NCBI GenBank assembly: GCA_030141605.1
Contig: JAQGDQ010000033.1
Coordinates: forward strand, 923,214-987,213
DNA from: Tubiluchus corallicola
Lineage: Eukaryota > Animalia > Priapulida
DNA length: 64,000 bases
Direction: 5' to 3'
The translations under genes were made by a program, and so were the position numbers. Below are positions 44,459 to 57,759 of the stretch, piece by piece (the first letter of the stretch is position 1; every line of letters begins with the position of its first letter). The notes below the pieces were generated by a model. It saw nothing but the letters and a program-made list of their open reading frames with translations, was not told where the DNA came from and ran no database searches.

Positions 44459-47400
44459 TCAAGGCAGTACACCGTATGTATTTTGCGAGATGATAAAGGG
44501 TTGCCAGTCAGACTAGTAGTACCAAACCTTGCTAAGTCTGTTTTCTTGGTATAGTGTGGTACTAAAAGTGATTAGAATCAAAAAGTAGCTCGTTTTATTG
44601 CATTTTTATAATTTTAACGACCATTTTAAATATTTTTGCAGTGATTCAGTGGTATTCTATTAAAATATGGCACATTTGTTTCAAGATCTTTTGTTTGAGA
44701 TATGTTGACTTGCTTACTGTATATCATATTGTAGATAGTATTGTTATGTTTCTGTCATTTGTAGTATTATTCATTATAGCAGTGTGTTTGTTTATATGCA
44801 TAAGCGAAAAAAGCAGTATGCAGTTGATAATGGATCTTTACTAATATATATGTCTAAATTTGCTGGCTAGCATAATGTAAAAATCACCATTTCATTCTGG
44901 TGTGATAACTACGGTTTCCACTCATCAGCTATCCAAAGAATCCCCATTTGTATCTTCAGTTTACTTTTTATATTATACTTTTAAATTACATTCATGCTGC
45001 TTTGGATTCCCGAGTTTGGTGTACTTTTGAAGACCTTTTTACTTCAAGTTAATTTCGCTATACAGACCTTCATGTCATTTGTGAAGAAGCCCGCCTCGGT
45101 GACAACACTCGTAAATAATCTGATATTATTGTAATATTGCGCATGAGTTATTATTATATATAACTAAATATGTAATATGAAAATAGAACTGTTTCATATA
45201 TGCATAATGCACTTTACGTAATCTAGCTCGCATTGCTGATCATTCAGGTGCAGCTCACGCAGTAAAACGTCAGTGTATGTAAATACAGCATGAATGTGTT
45301 CTTAGGGCGCATTAACTCAGTGAATGGTCAGTTAGGATAAACACCGCACAGTATTTAAAAGTTAAACCCTAGTGCATACATGTAGTTGTGTGCTGGGTTT
45401 TTTGCCTTGTTATTATTACCTTTGTTGCCTGTGCTAATTTATTGTTGTTAAATGTGTCCAAGTCTATTTTTGCAAAATTTTGAACTATATGTTCATATGA
45501 TGTATTTAACATGAGGCAGAATGTAGTAAGACAAACATGTGCAAAGTGAAAGCTGCAGGTACTTCAGAATGCCTAGTAGCTACTTGTTGCATCTGAGAGC
45601 AATTTTCTAAAATGGGCAGTTTTGAAAATGAAGTGCATTTGCCGTTCGTTTTTGTCAGTAGGCAGCCAAGTTCAGATTTACTTGTTAGAACAGTTGCTGG
45701 TTATAAAGTCATTTTGACTTCTGTTTTATTTTTTGTATTTAAAGTAGATTGTTTGTCCATTGAAATCTGAAGTAAACAGAGCTGTGAATTTATCCCACTG
45801 TTGTAGTTGTCAGTCTTTTAACAGCAATTTTTCGAGTATTATATAGTTACTTGGCAGTCAAGTATAAATGTGTTACAAGTTTTTTCAACCAAGCTCTGCA
45901 GTATGAAAAATAGAAACCAAGACAGTTGCTTTAATACTTAAGAAATTACATTGATAATCAAATCTGATACATTAAATCAAACAGATGTATTACGTTTTGT
46001 GTTTTTAAAAGGCATTTTGCATTACTACAGTCAACTAACTGATAAATTTAGAAGTGTAATGAAAACTGATCTAAAAATGTATGGTTTAAGTTACGGTTAC
46101 TATCATAACTGCTGTTCGGTACATCAACATCATCACTGGTTTAACTTTTTCTATGCCAAGTTCATTTATCTTAATTTACTCGCATGTTTCAATGGGATTT
46201 AAAATACTTAGTGTGGATTAAAGGGACTCTAGATAAAATTCTCACCACTTGTGCACGAAACAAACAACCAGTGATCCATTATTTTGTATGGCTAAGCATG
46301 TTGTGAATGGTGATACCTTTCTAAGATTACTGTCAAGTTTACGTTTTTTGTTTCAGTACTTGTTTTGATGTAATGTGCCAAGTAAATCTCTCATGATAAA
46401 CTTACACATTTCATTTTTTGAAGAAATATTCTGGTTGTGAGTTGAATGCAAGAGTTATAAAATTGCAGTGGTCACCCAAATTGCGCAGCTTTATTTAACA
46501 TGTGACAATCTTGGTCAGATGAATTTCAAATAATTAAAATAAAAGTGTTATTTGTTTTTGAAAGTGTATTTTTAATGTTTACTGTTTGTTTACTCTATGA
46601 ATGAAGACAAATAAAAACAAAAATCACTTACAAAGGTAATATTTTTACCAAAAATAAAGCAGCGGTAATGTACACTTGTTAAAACAAATGAATGTAGATA
46701 AACAGAAAATTCTTCACAAATTTCAAAACTAAGTACGACAATAAAATAGGAAAACTTTGCAAATTTTAAAACAAAAATACAGCTTTCAGGTATTATCAAA
46801 TTAGTGAGATGCGATTGATAACAAAGCGGCTTGTTGAATAATCGCATTTGATAAAAATTAATCCGTTTCCTAAACATTAGTTGCCTAGGCATCTGCACTG
46901 TGTAATCTCTTAAGAGTACTTGACAAAACAGGCAGTAATAACGGAAGTGTTACCACTCTAACATTTATAGGCCATTGAAAAAGATGACAACATTTAAAAT
47001 TTTGTGAAAGTAATGTACCAAATTTGTGAGAGGTCATACTGACTTGCTAATACTACAGAGATATGTAGTTAACTAGACTAAAAATACTTGTACATGACGA
47101 ATACAAAATATACAAAGAATTGCTACAGTGACTATAACATCATTCAAAGAATGTCGTAAAAAATTACCAGAAATCTACAGTCTTTGAGTACATTTAAATA
47201 GCTACATAAATAATTCTGCGTACAGGTCAGTTTATGCAAGAACTCACTGTATTTCATTTAAACAAAACGTGCGGCATCTTTGCCAGAGTTTATCTTCACA
47301 TTATCACTTCTACACAACATGTACTCTAATTACATTTTAGAAAATATATTTTAACATAATGTAATCACTAATTTTTCTTTTTTGCTTCAAATTGTGGTAA

Positions 47401-47896
47401 ATGGGCAAGAAAAGTTCTTCAAAATACTCACCAAGACTGAGCAAAATTGCCAAGGACCAAGACGATGTGACATCAGTTTACTATAGTACAATTAATAGAG
47501 TTCTTACTTGGTTTTATTTACAATAATCATTCCATCTTAAACTCACTTACATAGAATGAGATAAAAAATACCCACGATTTCCATTACTTTTTTCTTGACT
47601 GAATTTGTGTAGGCCTGTGTGTGCAAGAAGATGACACATTTTGTATATACTGAACACAAAAAGGAATACAATAACAAATCTGCTGCTATAAATCGGATTA
47701 AGAAAAACAAAACAAAAAAACAAACACTCATATTTGACAATTTAAATGGATGAAATTACATGGCTCATAATGTATTTCTGTAATACAAGTATTACTATAA
47801 GCCAAATGAAAAGTTCTTAGGGGGTATAAAGCTGAGTTTTTAGTTTTCTATTTTTCGAAAATATTGCAACATGAAATATTGTGGTGTTACGATAGT

Positions 47897-50800
47897 TCAC
47901 AAGGGTAAAAGTTCAAATTCATCACTAACATGTACCATAGGGACATGCAGTTTGTCTACAGACTGCGAAGTGTCCAGGTCTACTTTATCTCCAACACCCT
48001 GTTCAAGAGTTTTATAAATCCACTCCATTTTTTGAACAGCATGCAAGGACTCAGCTTCATTATGGTGCCGCATAACTAAGGAGTGTTTGATCTTATCATA
48101 CTTATCACTGACATCCTGCAACCAGGATCGCAACTGACGACCATTGTATCTTGAGCGAAGATTCCCATCATTTTCTTCAGCTTGTGACACTATCAGCTTC
48201 TGCATATGTTCATCTTCAAAGAAGTTGTACACTTCTTCATCCTTGAGAATACTGCATACGCTGAATGGGATAATCTGATTAGCCAATGCTCGAGCAGCAC
48301 GACTGTGCACACGTACAATTTCCTGTTCAGCTGCAAGTATAAGCTTCTCCTTCTCTATCGTATGCTGAAGCCGCAACTTGTATCTCTGTTTCTCTTGTTC
48401 CATAAAAAGATCCCGCATTGGGCCTACGAGTGACTGAGGAGGAGTCATCATTGGCACTGAAATCTTACTGGCTGGATTACCCTGAAGTATATACGAGCAT
48501 TTATTCAACAAATAATCTTTGTAGCCCTGTGGAGGATTAGGCTGCACTACTAACAAGGTGCTTTCGCTGCGTCTCTGCTCAACCTTCTTGCGAATGTTAA
48601 GAAACAACTGGTAAGAATTTGGCTGCCTCTCTTCTTGTTGCTGTTGTTGTGAATATAATGGCATGTGGGGTTGAAGATGCTGTGATACTGGTAATGGTGC
48701 AGCAGTTGAAGATTCTTGCCCTCTAATTTTTCTTTTTCTAGGGTGAATATTCTCAGTACTCATAACATCATCTACACTCACATCAGATTTTTGAGATCTG
48801 TTGGTGATAGCAGGAAATTCATCTCTGCTATCTTGTTGGGAAGTGTTATCAGCTAAATTACTTGCTGAAGTGGACGCTTGCAAATTTCGCTGACTACTTC
48901 GTGTCACTCTCCGGTCCGGATCTAAGCCATCCAGTTCCTTCTTTGTTTCTAGTTTTCCATTTCCAGATTGAGAGGGGCTATCCTTGTTGGCATCACTTGT
49001 ACTGCTGTCTGGCTTTGGGCTTTCTGGTGAGAGCTCCCTGGTTTGATCTCGGATAGACACATAAGGCACGCCTCCCTTTGATGTAGGTACTTCCTCTTGT
49101 ATTTTGTTTCCAAGCATGATTTTTAATGGAGGAACTCGAGGAGCAGTGTCTTCGCCTGCATCTGAATCGAGTGATGCAGGGAATGGAAGAGATGTTATGG
49201 GCGGAGACAAGTGAGGTGCCAACTCAGGAGGAGGTGTCTTATCAAAATTGGTTCTTGCACCCAACTTTTCTTCAGACTGCATGTCTTCAATAGTTGGTCT
49301 CATTACAGTTGAACCAGGACTTACTTGTTTAGGAGTTCTATATGACGGTAGATTCGAGTCACCATCATCACTCTCAAATTTGTATAAATCAGATGGTGTA
49401 GCTTCCTGTTGCACTGGCTCCACATCAGAATCATCGCTGTGAACAGCTGCACCCAATGAAAAGTGAACTGGTTTTTCTGTTTCATCACTAGATGAAACTG
49501 GAAACTGAGCAATTACCTTTTCATGAATAACAATAGGTTTCGATTCCCTACTACTGCTAACTGCACCAGCATCAAAATCGTCACTGTCCGGACTTGATAC
49601 GGTATCTCGTGTAAACTTGTGCTGTTCACTTGAACCGACAGTAACACTATATGATTGATATGGCAACATCTCAAGAGCTCCGCTTTGTGGCAATACAACT
49701 TTATCGTCTTTACCTTTGATTGGAGCAAATTTCAATGTTAACCGTGGAGAACTGGAGTCCCTTCTTTGACTAGCAGCAACTGAAGACGGTGTTGAGGACT
49801 TGCGAGAACTGGAAACGGTAGACTGTTGAGTATCCATCTTCAAACCAGATATACTGCCTAATTTAGGTAAAAGGCTATCTGGTATCTCTTTATCCACATC
49901 AACGTCAGATATTTCAGAAGTAGTAATGGATCCATCGTCAGCACTATAATCATCGCTACTCGACGTCGCTATTTCACGTTTTAAAACTTGAACTAGTAAG
50001 GGAGATGCCGCAACATCAATAGGGGTTTTTCCATGGGCATTTATCTGCATTGGGTTTGCCCCATGCCGCAATAGCAGTTCCGCCAACTTTCTGTGACCAT
50101 TTATTGCTGCATCGTGCAGCGGAGTATCATTGTCCAAGCCAACAGTATTCACATGTGCACCAGCACGCAACAATACCTTAGCAACATCAAACCAACCATG
50201 ATTACAAGCCTCGTGCAATGCTGCCCAACCGGCAAAGTCCTTAGCATTCACGTCTGCACCAGCTTTGATCAGTTTGCGACAAAGTTTCACATCACCACGA
50301 ATTGCAGCAAGATGTAGTGAAGTCTCCCCACGTTCATTTCTCTTATTCACCTAAAAATAAGCCACTACACATTATCAAGGTACTATGATTGTTAACTGAC
50401 GAAATTTTACAAAATTCCTATGTGTAATCATTATTTAAGAATACTATAAGTGAATTAATAAAAAAGAAAATAAAAAATCGCTCAAATCTGATTACTACCA
50501 CTAAAAATTACAAAAATTCATGCAAAGCAGTTGATTCATTTCTTCAAAAAGAAGATGGTTTATGAAATTCTATTACTGATAAAAGCTTTGAAAATCTGTT
50601 GCTGTATACTGTACATGTTCACATAAAACACCTAGTCACCTAGAGCTTGAGCTGCAGTTGGTGATGACCTGGTTTCTCCTGTGAAAAGCAACGGGAGCTT
50701 CAAAAGGAAACCACTGGGCAGTGATTAAACGTTTAGCTTCGAAAAACAATGCGGTTAACTGCAGTGTGCTAGCATATGTCAGATTCAAAGCAAAACCGCT

Positions 50801-53675
50801 AGGCTAGCATAACAGTGCATATGATAAACGAACGTGCATACAGACAAATCTGTATTTAACATGATTGTTTCTACGTATATTATAGGGCATAAAAGAGAAG
50901 TAAGGGTGACATAAAGTAGTAAAAGCTCTTTGGTCATACACTAATGTCTTATTTTGAGTACGTGAATGAAAATATTGAGTCAATTATGCAGGATTATTTG
51001 AGTCAATTACTGGCGGTTTTTATATACGGATGGTTTGGTCAAGTGGTAGCGCATTCGTTTTCTGTCTAGGAGGTTGTGAGTTCCATACAGCGGCCGGGTC
51101 ATACCAAGGATTTTAAAAATGGCACTTGTTGTTGCCCTGCCTGATGCATGGTATTTAGGGTAAAAGTGGGGTAATAATAATCTCTGTTATGCAGTTGTAT
51201 GTTGTTGTGTAGTCGACCCAAAACTCTTTGGAGCTTATGCTAATTGTTAATCCAAAAAAGCCGACTTTAAATAAAAATTATTATTATTATTATTTGAGCA
51301 GGAGCAGCCAGTACCAGGCATTTTTGAGTCAATTAAGGTACTGATTCTATTAATCGTGAGTGTAATAAACGCCGCCGCCTACTGTACATATCAATGATGA
51401 TTTTTACCACTTGATTTTTGATTCCCATAAAAAAATTCAGTGCTTGTTCTAAAATTTAAAACACTGACATTTACAGATGCATGTGTATCTTATGTTTATT
51501 GCATACAGGTATACAAAAAAGTTTCATCCAAGTTGAACTGTTCAAGACTGTGCATGAGCTATCCAAATTCTCTCTTGTGCCGCTAATGCTTTTGTTTAAG
51601 CCTGGTTTTATATACATGGGTTTGTAATTAAAATTGATGGTGGGCTTGATAGATTTGGCTGATAAGTGCAGTATTTTTACTTCAAAAAAACATTTTGCGA
51701 TTGTAAAATGTTCATCATCAAAATTGTGGCTTATGTTAGACTTCTAAATTCAGTGTATAAAATGTAAAAGCTGTTTATAGTATGGTATTTGCTGAAAATA
51801 AAGCATGTCTTATACAGTTGTCAAAGGTATGTGAAGCCTTACAAGGAGTATAGTACAGTATAATAAATTGTGTCACTAACCACTTATTTAATGTGTTCTA
51901 AATTTCTGATTTCTAAATAATAATACCTAAGGTATAGCAAAAGTATCAAAACTATAAAACTACAAAACTATAGCCAAATACTGTAAGCATTACTTTTTGA
52001 GAGTTAAATTACTGCATTTGAACACTAGCCATTAAAAACTTCAAAATGTCAATATTTTAATTATCAACAAAAAATGCCTACTCAATGCAACATAGTTATT
52101 GCTTAATTCTTTGACATAGCATAGAACTATCGATAAGCATCCGTAAACTGGAAAATACGCTGACTTTGTAGCACCAGTAATCCATAGGTACCCAAACCTA
52201 ATTTGAATTTAAATGAAACACTGATGTAATAGACAGATCGATAAGCCCAAAACATGCAGCCTAATCTCATAAACTTGTGATTGTTGCCAGCCGCTAACAC
52301 ATAAAATTTGCAGGCAAACTGGAAAAAATGATGAAGATGTGTGCAAGTTTGGTGCCGATTATTCCAGAGAAATGTACTGAACTACAACTCATTATCAAAC
52401 AAAATGAAGCAAAAAGACTCAGTTATTTCGGATGTGTGCATTATATAAAGATTTTATGTGAAAAATTAAACGTTTTTGTTAAACGACCAAACTGCTAGGC
52501 GCGAACGGAAAATGTCAATTTTTGTATAAACTTGATATAAATTTTATGTTTATTTAATTATACTGCAATAAAATTACTTTGCAGTGCCTTGGTATAAAAC
52601 TAATACATGATAAATCTGAAAGAGTGAAGCCAGCAATATAGGTTTACACAACATAAATTAATTACCCCGAATAAATTTTGTGAATAACAATTAAGAGGTC
52701 TCCTAAATATTTAATGCTCAGCTTAATAAACATTGGTATGGTTATAGTAGCATAATTTTTTGGCAATCACTTGTAACAGCACAAAGACTTAAATAATAAA
52801 AGAAATTAATTGCCTTGGGACACAGGTTTTTTATTAATTTGACAGGGTTCAGCTCATGTTGTCTCCCAAACTGGGAGAGATTTGATCTATGTGACAGGTT
52901 TGTTTGATTTTTTTGTAACTATTTAGGTATTATTTCTAACTTTGCAGGCACTGTACACCTGCCACAATATACTCAAGCACGATGTTTCACCACTGTAATG
53001 TCAATGTTTTACTGCCAAACACATTTTAGTTGCAGGAGTCTTGTATGGCAGGAAAAAATACTTGACAATAACTCTCGCAGTATATTTCAATACATCCTCC
53101 ACGTCTGCTTGTGAGTAAATTTTGTTATACAGCAGCAGCCCACAAGGCAAAAGGAGACCGCTTGGCCATCGTGAGCTGGAGCCCCCACTAGTTACCTAAC
53201 ATTTGCTGACCTGTGTATTAATAGCATAGGCACTGTAAGAATCCAATTTTAGTACAGATAAGATCGAAACGAATTGTTTGAATGTACCAGGGTAAGCTCA
53301 CTCAAACCTCAGTTCTATATACAACTTTACCTTTTTGGTGCTTCCGAGCTTTTTAGAAGTTGTTGGAGTTTGAGATAGTTGCTTTGGTGATTCTGATGCT
53401 GAACTCTCTGCCGTCATTTGCATCAGCAGAACCATTTGCTGTCTTTCCGATAAAGGTACACTTAGACGTGAGGGTGTTACTTTTGCAGTAGTTGGCGTGG
53501 TTGACGTTGTTGCATCGTTACCACTTTTCCTTCGTTTAGGAGTTGTTTTACGGTCATCAGACTGCTCTTCCGAAGGCGCACCTCCACTTCCTTGACCAAA
53601 TAATTTACGTTTGAGCATTCTGTTGTCGAATTTCTGAAGTGGCGACTGATGTTTTGGAGGTAAACCACTTTCCAT
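47897..53675 (-). CDS. ANKRD12: Ankyrin repeat domain-containing protein 11/12-like transcriptional cofactor, 2 coding exons, about 932 aa
   Basis: Exon 53675-53331 (PLSERQQMVLLMQMTAE; donor AAG|gtaaag) and exon 50350-47897 (tttttag|VNKRNERGETSLHLAAIRGD..DFAGWAALHEACNHG..GLDNDTPLHDAAING; HPRKRK; C-terminal RLQHTIEKEKLILAAEQEIVRVHSRAARALANQ..PFSVCSIL, SWLQDV.DKY..RHHNEAESLHAVQKMEW). Co-orthologous to vertebrate ANKRD11 and ANKRD12; the symbol choice is arbitrary. Confidence 0.93.
51028..51294 (+). mobile_element. tRNA-derived SINE with Meta-type central domain (MetaSINE-like)
   Basis: Box A TGGTCAAGTGG; degenerate box B GAGTTCCATAC; core GGCCGGGTCATACCAAGGATTTTAAAAATGGCACTTGTTGTTGCCCTGCCTG; AATAAA and (ATT)n tail. 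Confidence 0.8.
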
Positions 53676-54949
53676 TTTCCATCTTGTTCACAAAACGCAC
53701 AAAGTATTCATGGCTGACTCGCTCGCAAAAGTTTTTATATTTTGAGAACGGGTATGTTTATATTCATTTTAGACGAATTTTTAAATAAATTTTTTAGGAC
53801 ACATATGTCACCAAGAGACGTCGACGGATGAGTCGCGTAGCGTTGATGGTAGAAACCGACAATTAATTAAATTTTGATACCGATCTCGAAAGACAGGAGT
53901 CAAATTAGCTAAAATCACTCTAGTATAGACGATTTGAGATTTTAAAAGAACATTTTGATCATCATGTCAATGAGTTGTCTTCTTTGAATAAAACTGATAA
54001 TACTGCTTCCCTCTAAATTGCCCAAATTCTGGATGCTATTGGGGTGCACCATAATTTCCTTGAACAGGGTTTGTCCTAATTAGTGGTCACTGCTTTCTTT
54101 TTAGACGTTGCATATATATTGTCAATGTATCGAACATACAGTGGCTGTTTCAATATTATATTTACTGCACATTTCTGTTACAGTAAGTGAGCAATTGTTG
54201 CGAAATGCGCCATTATGCCCACGTCGAGGCACAGAGTTTGTAAGTATTTAGCCAGGTACATTGCTTGGATTTGTCCCAGGAAACAGGTTTAGAAATGAAC
54301 ATAAAACTTTTTCTGAAAAGTTAAGCTGGTAGATAGTAGTACATGTACTTGGCGACATTTGCATTCTGCTTAATTACCTGTTTAATGAGCTAAGTATTCT
54401 ACTTTTAGTAGGCTTCCTCAGAAGTATACTTAAATTTATCCCCAACATATATAAGGCTGAGTTAACATAGTAGCCATTCAAGTACTATATGTATTAGCTC
54501 CTGAATTATCATTGTCGGGGATGTTATTGTCTGTTGTAGTTATTTTATAGATGAAGTTAAAAACCTGACAAAATGCGGTAGCTGTTTATAAAAAATTAGT
54601 ATAATCATCACCAACAATAATGACAGTAAAAGTAACATCAAACACCAATTATAATAAATATTCTTTTGAGATTGCGCGTGCGATGCTCGATTCTCTCCAC
54701 CTGTTGGTTGGCTTTTCCCACTTTAATGCCCTTTTTCTTTATCCTGTATTGCATGCATTCGTTCATTAGATTTCTGACTTCTAGCAATCCTTCTTTTTCA
54801 CTGTTCATTAATATACCCCAGTTCATCATTTTTCCATTTTCCATATCTGCTGCATTTAAGCTTTTGTTATGTAGTATCATCATCTTCCCCACACACTGGG
54901 TATAATAACTAATTCTTAAACCCATTCTTGTAGTCTTCTTTAATCATAT

Positions 54950-56990
54950 TTATTTTCTTCTATATATCTTTAAAGTCTTCTGACTTACATGTGTCTATGT
55001 AATTTTGTCATTTCCACTCCGTATATTGTAAAAATCTTAATTTAGTGCTGCTCCTGCATTTTTCTCCACATTCATTCTTAATAAAACATTCAATCTTACT
55101 CTTTATTTCTTTTTTCCATTCAGACTTTTTCTTGACCTTCACCCTTTCTTTATTAGCATCTAGGGTATATTTTTCTGCAACCTCAACTACTTCATTATAC
55201 CATGACCTTTCATGTGCATTGTTTATTTGCATTTCAAGTACCCCTGATGCTAATCTCTTTGTTTTACTAATCAGTAAATTCCGATAGAACATCAGTCTCC
55301 TATAATTCACTTTATGTTTTAGTGGCCATATGCCTATTTCCGTTACTAATCCCCAGTATGGTGTTGGTTCGCTAACATTAAGTAAGGTTTTTAAAGCACT
55401 TGCTTGAATCATTTCTAATTTTTCCAATCAGTTGCTGTCAAATTTGACCATGTTTCAGAATTATTTAATACTGCACTCACTGAAAGAAGCTCGTATAGCA
55501 TCAGTTTAACCATTATTGAGCAATCTCCCACTTACAGCTCACCTCCTATTGTATTGATGTAACTAATTATCATTTTATTTTTCCTGGTTGAGTTTCCCAA
55601 CATAGTTTCATAACTACGTTTTGTGTTAATCCAGTCTCCCAAATATTGGTATTTCTCTGCTTCCTTAACCTCTCTATTCCTTAGTGATTCACAGAATACT
55701 GGAATCCTCTTCTTTTGCATCATGTTTGCTCTCATATATTGTGTTTTCTGTATATTAAATGTTAATCTTTCGGTTCTTTCAATTACTTGACAGTTTTTAA
55801 TCATCTGTTTAATTATGGTTTCTTGTCCTATTCCCACAATATCATTAATGAATAATAACATACCAATATGTGTATTCCTGTCCATTACAGTCCCTGTTAT
55901 CATCATCTCGTTGATTCACTTTATTGCAGCACAACATAATAGTGATCCTGATATAGTTCCCTGCCGGATAACGATTTCTGCAATTTCATTTAGTTTAGCA
56001 TAAAAATATCTCCTGGTGATATTCCCATCCTCCTTAGTTCGATCAATGCTTCCTTAAACCGCAGCTTATTAAAACACTTTTCTATGTCACAAAAAATTAT
56101 GTACACTTCATTTTTATAAAACCTGTTATACTCTAACATTGCCTACAATGTGTATAGATGGTTATAGATCCTTCTATATTTTCTTCTGCCACATTGATGA
56201 TCTTCTCTATGTTTTGTTCAAATTTAACTATTATTATATTTTAAATCAGTTTCTCTATCAGTTTACAGAAAATATTTGTTATGAACAGTTCTCGTCTATT
56301 TTCACCTTTTCATTCATATCACCTTTTCCCTTATAAATTGACTTTATGTTTATTTGGGCCCATTGTTTCGGTATTTCCTTTTGCTTCATTATTTTATTCA
56401 GCATGCTACTATACTATCCACAAATCCTTTCCCTGCTTCTTTGATCATTTCATTTTTCCATCCTTGCATGTCTGGAGCTTTTTTATTTTTAAATGATTGA
56501 ACTGCTTCCTTCACTTTACTGTTAGTAATTTCTTCTATTTCTTCCTCACTTGCCATTTGTTCAACATGTTTGAAAATTTGTTCAACACTTGATACTATTA
56601 TTTGCTCGTATTTATCCCCTGGCAGAGTAAGGAGTTAGCAATTCCTCATAATATTTTTTAAAAATGATCTTAATTTTTTCCGAATCCTCTCGGATCTCAC
56701 GTTGGCTATCTCTCACTGCTATAGCTTCTTCTGTTTTAGGCTTATCGAAGCACTTTTTAAATTCCCAAAACTTCTATTGGTTAATTTTTCATTTACTGTA
56801 ATTGGCCTAGCAGTTTTATTTATTCTATTTATTTGTTCTTTCCTTTGCACACTCCACATCACATCTATTAGTTCAATTTTTATTTAAATTAGTCCTTTTC
56901 TTCTGCAATCATTTCATGTTTTAACTTACATCTTTTTTATCTAACTTCCCTGACAGTTTACTTCCATATTTTTGTTTCTTTTTCATTTTA
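54950..56990 (-). mobile_element. Decayed non-LTR retrotransposon (RT remnant, RTE-group-like); boundaries approximate
   Basis: Broken minus-strand frames with DIEKCFNKL, RQGTISGSLLC, LLFINDIV (FxDD-like), KYQYLGDWI and TPYWGLVTEIGIWP. Confidence 0.8.
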
Positions 56991-57759
56991 CTGATATGAT
57001 ATCCATTTAATAAAATGCGGTAAAATGCCTATTCCCGGTTTAGCGTCAGAGCAGATTGATTGCAAATCAAAACAATCATAATTATAAGTATTATTAACAG
57101 TATCTGTGACCCATGAGAAAAAATATATATTGCCGAGTCATCTGTGCGTGGTGTGCTACTATTCCAATGGAGATTAGAAGAAATAAGCGGGCACAAACTT
57201 GTGCTTATTTTGCGGATTCTCAATAACGATCGGTGATCTGATTGCTAGCAAATTGCAAGACAAGCTTGGCCGTGGACATATTAAAAAGTGTATGAATTTG
57301 TCATTATTTTCTTGTCGGGCATGACAGTAAAGCTAAAATGACGATATGCTGCGAAAGCTGAGTCTATAAGTGCTTTCGCCATCCACTGCTTTACTTGTCT
57401 ATCCAATTTAGCAAATTTAGGCAATCACTAATACTTGTGTTTCATTTAATTATGTGCATTGGTATTATACAAGTGAATGTTTTGTGAGTGAATGATATTT
57501 TAGAATCTTGTTATATGTGACAATACGTAGTTAACTAAAATGAGTGCAATATTACTGCTGTGCTGCCACGTACGACTTGCTGTAATTATGTTAAAGTTTA
57601 ATTAAAACCGTGAATTGGCTATAGCCTTCATCCCTGTATTATTAATGTAAAGAAAAGTAAACAATATGTAGCAAGTGTGACATACTGTTACTGCTCTACT
57701 GTCTGACAATTTTTTTAATTAATTTTGATTTGCTAAATATCTAAACTGATAATATCTAA

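Noticed and set aside
44641-47740. Short ORFs between USP47 and ANKRD
   Set aside because: AT-rich, hydrophobic random-looking frames in what are probably two convergent 3'UTRs (AATAAA near 46538).
48206-50317. Short alternative-frame and antisense ORFs over the ANKRD exon
   Set aside because: Shadow ORFs of a long coding exon.
51028-51100. tRNA gene
   Set aside because: Box B is degenerate, there is no cloverleaf acceptor stem, and it runs into a SINE core and tail.
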